Made by a program: the position numbers and the translations under genes
The notes under the pieces: generated by a model
What the model was told of the DNA's origin: nothing
The model's input: the letters and a program-made list of their open reading frames with translations, nothing else
Databases searched by the model: none
Shown: positions 15,921 through 39,970 of the stretch, piece after piece
Numbering within the stretch: the first letter of the stretch is position 1
Layout of the letters: each line of letters starts with the position of its first letter
Assembly: GCA_002269645.1 (NCBI GenBank)
Contig: NIVC01004467.1
Coordinates: 1-44,923 of the forward strand
Direction: 5' to 3'
Origin: Macrostomum lignano
Lineage: Eukaryota
DNA: 44,923 bases

Positions 15921-18308
15921 CTATGGGACAGATTGAGCAGCCAATATTGAGCTGGAGGCATTGGACTTGAGTCCTGAAAATAGGATAACAAGAGGGTTCT
16001 GGGGGAAATATTTAACTGACAGTTTGAGCAACTGACTGCTGAGCAACATTCATAATTGAACAACAAATTGCGCATAGATTTCTGTTTGCTCGACTCGAGG
16101 ATTTATTACAACTTTGGTGAGTATGCTAGCGTAAATATTTTAATATTGGTTCTTTGCGTTCAATTTGGGTCATTGAACAATGGTTATCTGAGATCATTGA
16201 ACAATGGTTATCTGAGATCATTGAACAATGGTTATCTGAGGTCATTGAACAATGGTTATCTGAGGTCATTGAACAATGGTTATCTGAGATCATTGAACAA
16301 AGGTTATCTGAGGTCATCGAACAATGGTTATCTGAGGTCATTGAACAAAGGTTATCTGAGGTCATTGAACAATGGTTATCTGAGGTCATTGAACAATGGT
16401 TATCTGAGATCATTGAACAATGGTTATCTGAGATCATTGAACAATGGTTATCTGAGGTCATTGAACAAAGGTTATCTGAGGTCATTGAACAATGGTTATC
16501 TGAGATCATTGAACAATGGTTATCTGAGGTCATTGAACAATGGTTATCTGAGGTCATTGAATAATGGTTATCTGAGATCATTGAACAATGGTTATCTGAG
16601 GTCATTGAACAATGGTTATCTGAGGTCATTGAACAATGGTTATCTGAGGTCATTGAACAATGGTTATCTGAGATCATTGAACAATGGTTATCTGAGATCA
16701 TTGAACAAAGGTTATCTGAGGTCATTGAACAATGGTTATCTGAGGTCATTGAACAAAGGTTATCTGAGGTCATTGAACAATGGTTATCTGAGATCATTGA
16801 ACAATGGTTATCTGAGGTCATTGAACAATGGTTATCTGAGGTCATATGAGGTCATCCAAGTTCCTCGTCTGCTCGGGTCACTTAAGGTCACAAAGTAAAA
16901 AACTAGGACTATAAACTTCAATGGCTCAAACGTGCATTCAGGTCTTGAATAAAATTTTGAATTCATAAAATGTAAAATTTATTGCTAGCTAATTAGCACC
17001 TTGCGAATAAGGTTTTTGCATATCACCAGCTGAATAATTTGGCACATGTACCCTGAACGTCACCTGCGCCAAATAATTTATTATTTCATTTGGTATCTTT
17101 ATTGGCAAAGTGACTTAAGTAAAATTTCAAATACTATTATCATAACATGATTAAAACTGTTGCAATAAACACCTGTCATGAATTGTCCCTCTTAATTTAA
17201 TCTCTAGTTTTAAAACCTGTCACTGTGCCATCCTCTGTCTCCCTGTCACTCTGCGTCAGCCTCTGTCTCAAAACTTTTACCCTGAAACCGTCACTCCTTG
17301 TCACTATCTAATTGTCACTCTGCGTCACTCTCTAATTGTCACTCTGTGTCACTCTCTAATTGTCACTCTGTGTCACTCTCTAATTGTCACTCTGTGTCAC
17401 TCTCTAATTGTCACTCTGTGTCACTCTCTAATTGTCACTCTGTGTCACTCTCTAATTGTCACTCTGCGTCACTCTCTAATTGTGACTCTGTGTCACTCTC
17501 TAATTGTCACTCTGTGTCACTCTCTAATTGTCACTCTCTAATTGTCACTCTCTAATTGTCACTCTGTGTCACTCTCTAATTGTCACTCTCTAATTGTCAC
17601 TCTGTGTCACTCTCTAATTGTCACTCTCTAATTGTCACTCTCTAATTGTCACTCTGTGTCACTCTCTAATTGTCACTCTGTCACTCTCTAATTGTCACTC
17701 TGTGTCACTCTCTAATTGTCACTCTGTGTCACTCTCTAATTGTCACTCTGTGTCACTCTCTAATTGTCACTCTGTGTCACTCTCTAATTGTCACTCTGTG
17801 TCACTCTCTAATTGTGACTCTGTGTCACTCTCTAATTGTCACTCTGTGTCGCTCTCTAATTGTCACTCTGTGTCACTCTCTAATTGTCACTCTGCGTCAC
17901 GCTTTGCTTCAAATTACTTAAAAACGCATTTTTCTTCTGCCGCAACCAATCAGACTTCGTGTGGCACATGAACTCGAATAATTATTAAGTCCCTGTCGAT
18001 TCCACGAATCGAATCGAGAACTCACTTGAGCAGTTTCGGATTAACAGGCGAAGCAGAGCTGAAAGCGAGTGCTCATAAGTTTTATAACCGGCAAGCAAAC
18101 ACGCTCGTACTACTGCAGTTTAGGATACAAGACCCAGTAAGTAGCTGAAAGGCAAATTAGTTCTTTATGTGCAACCCTCACCAGCCACTGATTAATTGAT
18201 TTGTAAATACAAGCAATATACTCAGACTTCTGCTCAGGTCGAACAGCAGTTTAGATTGCCAGCTGGTTGAGAGAGGCAACCCTCTGCCGTATGAGCTTAG
18301 ACTGAGTC
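15921..18308 (-). CDS. Possible small spliced gene, 3' exons only, unknown product
   Basis: Three candidate phase-1 exons: 18308-18222 (LSLSSYGRGLPLSTSWQSKLLFDLSRSL), 18058-18026 (TTTCAG|...|GTGAGT; LLRLLIRNCS) and 15973-15921 (TTTTCAG|; RLKSNASSSILAAQSVP*). A minus-strand AATAAA lies near 15715. No family recognised. Confidence 0.3.
16169..16845. repeat. 24-bp minisatellite CATTGAACAATGGTTATCTGAG(G/A)T
   Basis: About 28 units, each with a CATTG-AA-CAATG hairpin. Confidence 0.97.
17290..17900. repeat. 24-bp minisatellite GTCACTCTGTGTCACTCTCTAATT (with 14-bp subunits)
   Basis: Direct tandem repetition. Degenerate GTCACT precursors start at ~17215. Confidence 0.96.
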
Positions 18309-18331
18309 CTTCGATAGATACAGGGATTTAC

Positions 18332-18862
<531 letters not shown>

Positions 18863-19316
18863 ACAGTAAAACGGGCAAAACGGAAATAAAGTGAATCTGG
18901 AGATTCTACATGAAGAACTCTCATGAGAAACGGTAGCTGCGGCTCAGCAGACGCGCCTCTCTGAGTCCCGCCCACCTCTAGTCAGGTCAATAAGTCACTC
19001 GCAGGGCCTGACTCGAGCTGCGAGTTCCAGTTAATTCGCTGAGAACAAGCCAAGAAAGACAGCGGCGGCGCACCTGGATATGTTTACAGATTGTATTGCG
19101 TTAAACCCTACTCCCCTTAATACGATCGAGGTACCCCAAATCGTTACTGTTCCTGCATTCACTTTAATTCTAAATACGTACTTTTATAAGTTATATCTGC
19201 TTCAGTTGGTTAAAATTTTTTTTTTTGACAATTGCAATCACTATATGAATCTTGTTTTGTAGTCTAAACTAGAAATGAATTGATTTTTTAATTACATCAG
19301 CTATAGCACATACAAG

Positions 19317-19487
19317 CTAGACTAGCAATCCACTTCGATTCTTTGAGTCGTTGGCTAGGCTAGCAATCCATTTCGATTCTTTGAGTCATTGGCTAGGCTA
19401 GCAATCCACTTCGATTCTTTGAGTCGTTGGCTAGACTAGCAATCCATTTCGATTCATTAAGTCGTTGGCTAGACTAGCAATCCATTG
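19317..19487. repeat. 38-bp tandem repeat (~4.5 copies) immediately upstream of the Tob start codon
   Basis: Unit CTAG(A/G)CTAGCAATCCA(C/T)TTCGATTCTTTGAGTCGTTGG. Confidence 0.92.
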
Positions 19488-19515
19488 AACTTCCAGTCCA
19501 GTCGCCGCGCCCGCC

Positions 19516-21970
19516 ATGGACTCCGAGGTTGCCGCAGCTGTCGGGTTCATCGCATCCTTTCTGTTCGGCCGAGTGCCTCGCCGCCGAGTCCAGCTGCTGT
19601 CCGAGGAGCTGGAGAAGGCGATTCGACTGAAGTTCACCGGCCACTGGCATGAGGACCAGCCGCTCCGGGGCGCCGGCTTCCGTTGCCTGTCAATCACCGG
19701 AAGCCGACCGGATGAACTGCTGCTGGCCTCGGCCAGGGAGGTCGGCTTGGACGTCGCCGAGATCCTGGCGGTGCTGCCCGACGGTCTGACGCTGTGGATT
19801 GACCCCGGCGAGGTCACCTACCGGGTGGGGGAGAAGGGTGAGCCTGGGGCGGCTTCACCGCCATGAATGTGCGCTGACGAAGACTAGGCCGAGTGCACAC
19901 TCTTACCTACCTCTCAGACCTCTCACCTACCTCTCACCTACCTCTAATCTACCTCTAACCTACCTCTCAGACCTCTCACCTACCTCACCTACCTCTCACC
20001 TACTTCTCACCTACCTCTAACCTACCTCGCATCTACCTCTAACCTACCTCTCACCTACCTCTAACCTACCTCACACCTACCTCTTACCTACCTCTCACCT
20101 ACCTCTCACCTACCTCTCACCTACCTCTAACCTACCTCTCACCTACCTCTAACCTACCTCTCACCTACCTCTAACCTACCTCTCACCTACCTCTAACCTA
20201 CCTCTCACCTACCTCTAACCTACCTCTCACCTACCTCTTACCTACCTCTCACCTACCTCTCACCTACCTCTCACCTACCTCTAACCTACCTCTCACCTAC
20301 CTCTAACCTACCTCTCACCTACCTCTCACCTACCTCTCACCTACCTCTAACCTACCTCTCACCTACCTCTAACCTACCTCTCACCTACCTCTAACCTACC
20401 TCTCACCTACCTCTTACCTACCTCTCACCTACCTCTCACCTACCTCTCACCTACCTCTAACCTACCTCTCACCTACCTCTAACCTACCTCTAACCTACCT
20501 CTCACCTACCTCTAACCTACCTCTAACCTACCTCTCACCTACCTCTCACCTACCTCTAACCTACCTCTAACCTACCTCTCACCTACCTCTAACCTACCTC
20601 TAACCTACCTCTCACCTACCTCTAACCTACCTCTAACCTACCTCTAACCTACCTCTCACCTACCTCTAACCTACCTCTCACCTACCTCTAACCTACCTCT
20701 CACCTACCTTTCACCTACCTCTAACCTACCTCTAACCTACCTCTCACCTACCTCTAACCTACCTCTCACCTACCTCTAACCTACCTCGCATCTACCTCTA
20801 AACTACCTCTCACCTACCTCTAACCTACCTCACACCTACCTCTAACCTACCTCTCACCTACCTCTAACCTACCTCTCACCTACCTCTCACCTACCTCTAA
20901 CCTACCTCTCACCTACCTCTCACCTACCTCTCACCTACTCGTAACTTTCACCCAAGGACAACTTAAGTAGAAGGGCGCAACACTCAAAATCTATGGTAAT
21001 TTTTTGAAGGCAATTTTTCGCCGAAAAGTTCACTACGGAGATAAGAATTTTTCATTTTTTCAGCACAAAAATTTGATATTGCTTTCGATAGAAGGCAGAC
21101 TCACTGTTCATCATTTGCTATGTTGTGCCTTTCTTATAGCTCTATTGATATTCATAAAGCTTTTCGTTCAGAAAATTGGGATTTTGTTAATTTTTTGCCT
21201 TCAAAAAATTGCCATAGATTTTGAGTGTTCTGTCCTTCAACTTAAGTTGTCCTTGATTTCACCTACATCCACACCCAAACTCAACTCTGCCTCACATCCT
21301 ACCTCACACCCTACATCTCACACCCTACATCTCACACCCTACATCTCACACCCTACATCTCACATCCTACATCTCACACCCTACATCTCACACCCTACAT
21401 CTCACACCCTACATCTCACACCCTACATCTCACATCCTACATCTCACACCCTACATCTCACACCCTACATCTCGCACCCTACATCTCACACCCCTCTCAG
21501 GGCCGCTCCTGACGCTGTACAGCCAGCGGTCTCAGCAGCGGCCTCAGCAGCCTCAGATGCAACTGGTGCAGAAGAGCAGCTCGTCGTCCAGCTTCTTCAC
21601 CGCGGCCGCCTTCGCCCAGACAAAATTCGGCAGCACTAAGCCGCGGCAGGCGGCGCCCGGTGACCGGCGCAGCGGCGGCGGCGGCGGCGGCGGCCGGTTT
21701 GGGAGGAGCGGCCGGGACCTGCAGCGCAAGCCGCATCAGCTCTGCCAGTTGCCAACCGTGCCAGCAGCCGCCGAGCCTCCCCCAGCCTACAGCCGGTCCT
21801 GCTCGGCTCCTGCGGCAGATGAGACACCCGCGTTTTCAGCCGGCTGGTGGGGGGCCGCGTCGATGGCCACAACGGCCGCTGCCGCTCCATGGTCTACCGG
21901 CGGCCTGCCAGAGGTGCCGTCGTCGCCGCCGGTGCAGCACCAGATTTCAGATTCGAAGATTGGTATCTGA
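19516..21970 (+). CDS. TOB: Tob/BTG family antiproliferative protein, 2 exons, ~263 aa
   Basis: Exon 19516-19837 is a BTG domain (PRRRV..EELEK..GHW....P.RG.GFRC; LPDGLTLWIDPGEVTYRVGEK). The phase-1 intron is G|GTGAGC...CTCTCAG|GG. Exon 21501-21970 continues GPLLTLY and contains the Tob-specific FTAAAFAQTKFGSTK motif. Confidence 0.92.
19905..20940. repeat. 11-bp minisatellite CTACCTCT(C/A)AC in Tob intron
   Basis: About 1 kb tandem array. Confidence 0.97.
20953..21255. mobile_element. 303-bp MITE with ~60-bp TIRs (CAAGGACAACTTAAG...), same family as 11054-11762
   Basis: Left CAAGGACAACTTAAGTAGAAGGGCGCAACACTCAAAATCTATGGTAATTTTTTGAAGGCAA pairs with the right end TTGCCTTCAAAAAATTGCCATAGATTTTGAGTGTTCTGTCCTTCAACTTAAGTTGTCCTTG. 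Flanks are CTTTCACC / ATTTCACC. The interior shares CTATTGATATTCATAAAGCTTTTC with the 11-kb element. Confidence 0.88.
21260..21492. repeat. 14-bp minisatellite CTACATCTCACACC in Tob intron
   Basis: Tandem array running up to the 3' splice site at 21500. Confidence 0.95.
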
Positions 21971-22565
21971 GATTTGAAGGCTGAGATTTGAGATTTGAAT
22001 GCTGAGTTTTAAAAAATTTGAAAACTGAGGTTTGAAATTTGAAGGCTGAGATTTGAAATTTGAAGGCTGAGATTTGAGAGTTAAAGGCTGAGATTTGAAA
22101 TTTGAACTCTGAGATTTGAGATTTGAAGGCTGAGATTTGAGAGTTGAATGCTGAGTTTTAAAAAATGTGAAAACTGAGGTTTGAAATTTGAAGGCTGAGA
22201 TTTGAAATTTGAAGGCTGAGATTTGAGAGTTAAAGGCTGAGATTTGAAATTTGAACTCTGAGATTTGAGATTTAAAGGCTGAGATTTGAGATTTAAAGGC
22301 TGAGATTTGAAATTTGAAGGCTGAGATTTGAGATTTGAAGGCTGAGATTTGAGATTTAAGGCTGAGATTGAAATTTGAAGGCTGAGATTTGAGAGTTGAT
22401 GGCTGAAATTTGAAAGTTGAAAGCTTAGATTTAAAAATTGAAGGCTGAGGTTTAAAAATTAAAGGCTGAGATTTGAAAGTTGACGGCTGAGATTTGAGAG
22501 TTGAAAGCTGAGATTTAAAAATTAAAGGCTGAGATTTGCAATTTGAAGGCTGAAACAGGAGATTT
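21968..22565. repeat. ~21-bp degenerate minisatellite TTTGAAGGCTGAGATTTGA(G/A)A downstream of the Tob stop
   Basis: Tandem degenerate units with larger block duplications. Confidence 0.93.
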
Positions 22566-23123
22566 GAAGTCTGATGTCTGAAGTTCGGCAATTAAATGTG
22601 GATTAAAACTTTGCTTTGAGTTTTTTAAGCACTTTCTGGACACTCCACAAGTTCCACTGTAGGGCATTCATTCAATAGCGACCATTATTACAGTTTTGAG
22701 AATAAATGTATTTATTTCTGGTTTATGTCCGTTTTTACGTATTTGAGTAAGTTTAGCGTCAATTTTAAAGAGAAAATAGAACCTATCGAGGAATATGAGC
22801 TTACTAAAAGCAGTATTTTAGACACAATCTTGTTCATTGTTTCGAGGATTGAATAAAATTGATCAATTTTTGCAGCAGTGCTGAGAGCAACCAGCTGCTC
22901 AAGCAAAAGTGTTTTTCTGTATCCCATCCGTTAAGCAATAGTTCTAAAATTCGATTTATTGTAAAAAATTATACAAAACGCATTAAAAAACATTCAAAAA
23001 AGATTAAACAATTAATCAGCTGTAGAGAACAGCTCAGCACTACGAGAAAGCGTTCATCGAAAAAGTTGATTTTTGTTTTACTTAACTTACTCCGTCCCTC
23101 GTTCTTGCATCCACCACCGTTTC

Positions 23124-23880
23124 TCACTCCTGCACCCACCCCACTCCCCGTCTCTCACTCCTGCACCCACCCCACTCCCCGTCTCTCACTCCTGCACCCA
23201 CCCCACTCCCCGTCTCTCACTCCTGCACCCACCCCACTCCCCGTCTCTCACTCCTGCACCCACCCCACTCCCCGTCTCTCACTCCTGCACCCACCCCACT
23301 CCCCGTCTCTCACTCCTGCACCCACCCCACTCCCCGTCTCTCACTCCTGCACCCACCCCACTCCCCGTCTCTCACTCCTGCACCCACCCCACTCCCCGTC
23401 TCTCACTCCTGCACCCACCCCACTCCCCGTCTCTCACTCCTGCACCCACCCCACTCCCCGTCTCTCACTCCTGCACCCACCCCATTCCCCGTCTCTCACT
23501 CCTGCACCCACCCCATTCCCCGTCTCTCACTCCTGCACCTACCCCACTCCCCGTCTCTCACTCCTGCACCCACCCCACTCCCTACCTCTCACTCCTGCAC
23601 CCACCCCACTCCCCGTCTCTCACTCCTGCACCCACCCCACTCCCCGTCTCTCACTCCTGCACCCACCCCACTCCCCGTCTCTCACTCCTGCACCCACCCC
23701 ATTCCCCGTCTCTCACTCCTGCACCCACCCCATTCCCCGTCTCTCACTCCTGCACCTACCCCACTCCCCGTCTCTCACTCCTGCACCCACCCCACTCCCT
23801 ACCTCTCACTCCTGCACCCACCCCACTCCCTACCTCTCACTCCTGCACCCACCCCACTCCCATTCTCTCACTCCTGCACC
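23124..23880. repeat. 31-bp C-rich minisatellite CTCACTCCTGCACCCACCCCACTCCCCGTCT
   Basis: About 24 units. The 31-aa periodicity of the artefact ORFs equals 3 x 31 nt. Confidence 0.97.
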
Positions 23881-24230
23881 CACAACACTACCCATCCCTC
23901 ATATCATGTAGCCACCCCGAATTCCCAGTAATTTTTTCCAGGTGCAAAGTATTTTAGGAATCGGAAGCTTACTACCTATATGGGTATCAGGAACTGGAAA
24001 GATTAAGGCACAATAGTATTAAAAATGATGAGCCAATAACTTTAAGTATTTTTGCTACCTAAAGGTGGATTGATAAATATACGAGCGTAATCACAAAAAC
24101 TTAACAAAAAATGCTACTACACTACTACTGAAAATGTTTTATAAGTATTATAAGTGCGCAACACACAAAAATTGAACTAAAATCATTCGGGCTGAAAATC
24201 GACGCTAGATCGACAATGCTGCGGAGGCTC

Positions 24231-37311
<13,081 letters not shown>

Positions 37312-38854
37312 TTGGCGGGCCAGCCGCTGGTGTTGCTTTGCTTTTTTGAGTTGAAATTCAAAGCAGAAAAGTAAGATCGGTGATTCTGTTGCTCAAGAGA
37401 AAGAGGACAAAAAAGCCAAGATGTCTTAATTTAATCAATAATAAACGACTTTCAACTATTAAAGTTATATTTTCTTATACATTACGAGCTAAAATCATAA
37501 CTGAAAACAACAATGCTGATTTTTTAAAAGACCATATTTATTTTAATTTTTTAAATATAGTCTACACATGAAGATAAAAAATGTAGAAATTGTTTGGCAA
37601 CACAATAAAATCTTTCATCACGTTTCAATTGAGTGGGTGATATCAATATTTTTTAACTTGAATGAGCTGATGAAAAAAGCCATGAACTATAAAACTTATT
37701 ATTGTTTTGATATGCTTTAGCCTCGACTAAATGATAATATTTAGTTTTTTGACAACACAGTCAACAGAATAAAATAATAAAATAATAAAATGACTATTCT
37801 ATATTAAGTTAAATTGCTTTGTATCTATTATCTTCTGTGTCAGACAGACAGAAGATAAAACAACTGGATCAAAGAAAGAAAACCGCGTTCAACAATTACA
37901 TGAACATGAAGCTTTTAAAACTTTCTTCGCTGTGCAAATTAAAAGAATGTAAGCCGGTCAAATAATATGCTGACTCTAATTTGCATATAGAATCATACTA
38001 ACAAAAAATACTGAAAAAATTCTAATCAATAGCTTGTTATTTGTTACTCAGAAAGAGAAGTTTGAGACAAGCCTTTCAGGCAAAAAAAGTAAACTTTGTT
38101 TTACTTTAGGTAATGCTGCGTACAAAAATTTATCTTGAACTTTTGCACTTTTGCTAGATGTCTTACTCGGTAAGACGATAAAATTAATACTTGAGCATGT
38201 TAAGCTTCAAAATTCGGTAATCGTTGCATCTCGTCGACTCCACTTCCATTGTTGTATATTGCCTCAATAGTTTAAGTGGTAAAGCTTTATTTTATTAAAT
38301 GCAGTCCAAAGGCGAAGGCCCAACCTATAAAATCTGCTGCGGCTACACTTCCACAGGCACCACACTACAGTCTTGACATTGTATTATGTCCTATGATTCT
38401 TTTATGAGAAATCGATGACGGTGTCACCAACTTTTTCCATTCTACATAGGACTGCAGACGTGCAGTGCATTTAATATTTTGTTCTTAAACCTAGAGTAAG
38501 TCACAGTAAGAATACTTGTAGTTGTAGTCCCTGCTACTATGCTTCATTTTTATAAGCTAAAATGATGAAGTCCTAAGTTTCATGTTTAAAGTAAGTTAAA
38601 GATTAGGTTCTATTCTATGTAGCAGAGAGTCACAGAATAGTCTAAGCTTTAGATTTATAGTTTTATATATAGATATAGATTTATACAAGTTATATAGATA
38701 AATTCACAGTTAGCAAGTTGAGAATTAGTCAATAATGATACTTTATATTTCCTTAATAATTATTCCTTTTTTCAATATTCTTAGTGGTTTTAATATGACC
38801 TAAGACAGGTAAATTCAAGAAAACAAAATCAAAGCATTTTTATCTGGTTTAAAT

Positions 38855-39030
38855 TAGGGCTAGATATAGTCATAGATACAAAACATTTTTGATGGGGCAG
38901 GGGGTACCCTATCAAACTTATAAGTTATATATATAAAGATATAATATTATTATTTAACCAATTTTTTACCTAGGATGAAAAAACTAATAGGGGCATATGC
39001 CCTTTGCATTTCTATCTAAGTCCACCCCTG
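38855..39030. mobile_element. Possible degenerate hAT-type MITE
   Basis: The right end CTAAGTCCACCCCTG (= CAGGGGTGGACTTAG) loosely matches the left TAGGGCTAGATATAG. No TSD was confirmed. Confidence 0.3.
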
Positions 39031-39970
39031 ATCAAGCATCAAGGTTTTGCAAACTCTTATTTGCAAAACTATATATATAGCCCCCAAACCTTTCTATCTA
39101 GCTTATAAGTCCTCTTAATAAGTACATTATTCACCCAAAATGCTGTTTATTGTGGGGCCAGGTCCACTACACATAATTATCACAAAGTTAGGATATCTGA
39201 ATGTTGAACTTACCAATTGGGCTTGCTTTGTTGGGATGCTGTTGCGTCTGGTTTGATGATTAACAAAATTTGCTCAACCCTCAACTGTGGGTTTGGGACC
39301 TCTCTACTTACAGTGTTCTCCAAGTATTCCCAGGGAATCCTTCGTTTTCGTAAGGTTAACTAACATAGGCAGGTTCCTATATCATAGCTGTGTCTACCTA
39401 CTCTCATTAGTAGTGAAGAAGCTGGCCTCCATTTTTAAACCAAAACACTCAAAACATCACTGTACATATTTACACCCCAATATTTGTTTTAGTTTTATCA
39501 ATCATATTTATTTATATTTATTTGTTTTACTCAATACTTCAACCATTTGCTTTAAATTGACTTTATATTGATTAATTGTACCCTATTATTTGTTTTAAGT
39601 TTTTAAATGGCATCATTGTATTATTAGAAAATATTTGTTTTATTTCTCGAACAAAATACTTAATGTATCGCTCAAACTGGAAACTAAAATAAATTAGTTG
39701 CATAAGAGCCCTCCCCAGGGCTGATGCGCAGGGCCCCTTGATAGCCCCAACTTACCAAATGAAAATGAAATATCTAGTTTATAAGTCCTTTCAAATTTTT
39801 GATAGTAATCTAACATGTTAAAGGTTTATATTTACTTTTAATTTCATTATATATTATCTTTTCTTTTCTTTTTTTCTTTTTTCTTCTTGGTTTCTCTTTT
39901 CTCTACCCTCCTTTGCCTAACTTGCTTAACTATTGTCAATAAAAATCAGTTTGGTATTTCAGCCTTTGCA

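Noticed and set aside
16056-17971. LNNGYLRS, MTSDNHCS and SLSNCHSV repeat proteins
   Set aside because: Minisatellite artefacts with no unique coding flanks.
18880-18975. Tudor-like [12 protein letters not shown] segment in ORF 18328-18975
   Set aside because: Only ~12 residues resemble the motif, there is no good donor, and the frame runs straight into repeats.
19516-19866. Single-exon 116-aa BTG protein
   Set aside because: The strong donor G|GTGAGC at 19837 and the downstream exon with GPLLTLY and TKFGSTK support a spliced Tob instead.
22859-23957. 350-aa and 294-aa Pro/His-rich ORFs
   Set aside because: Translation of the 31-bp minisatellite.
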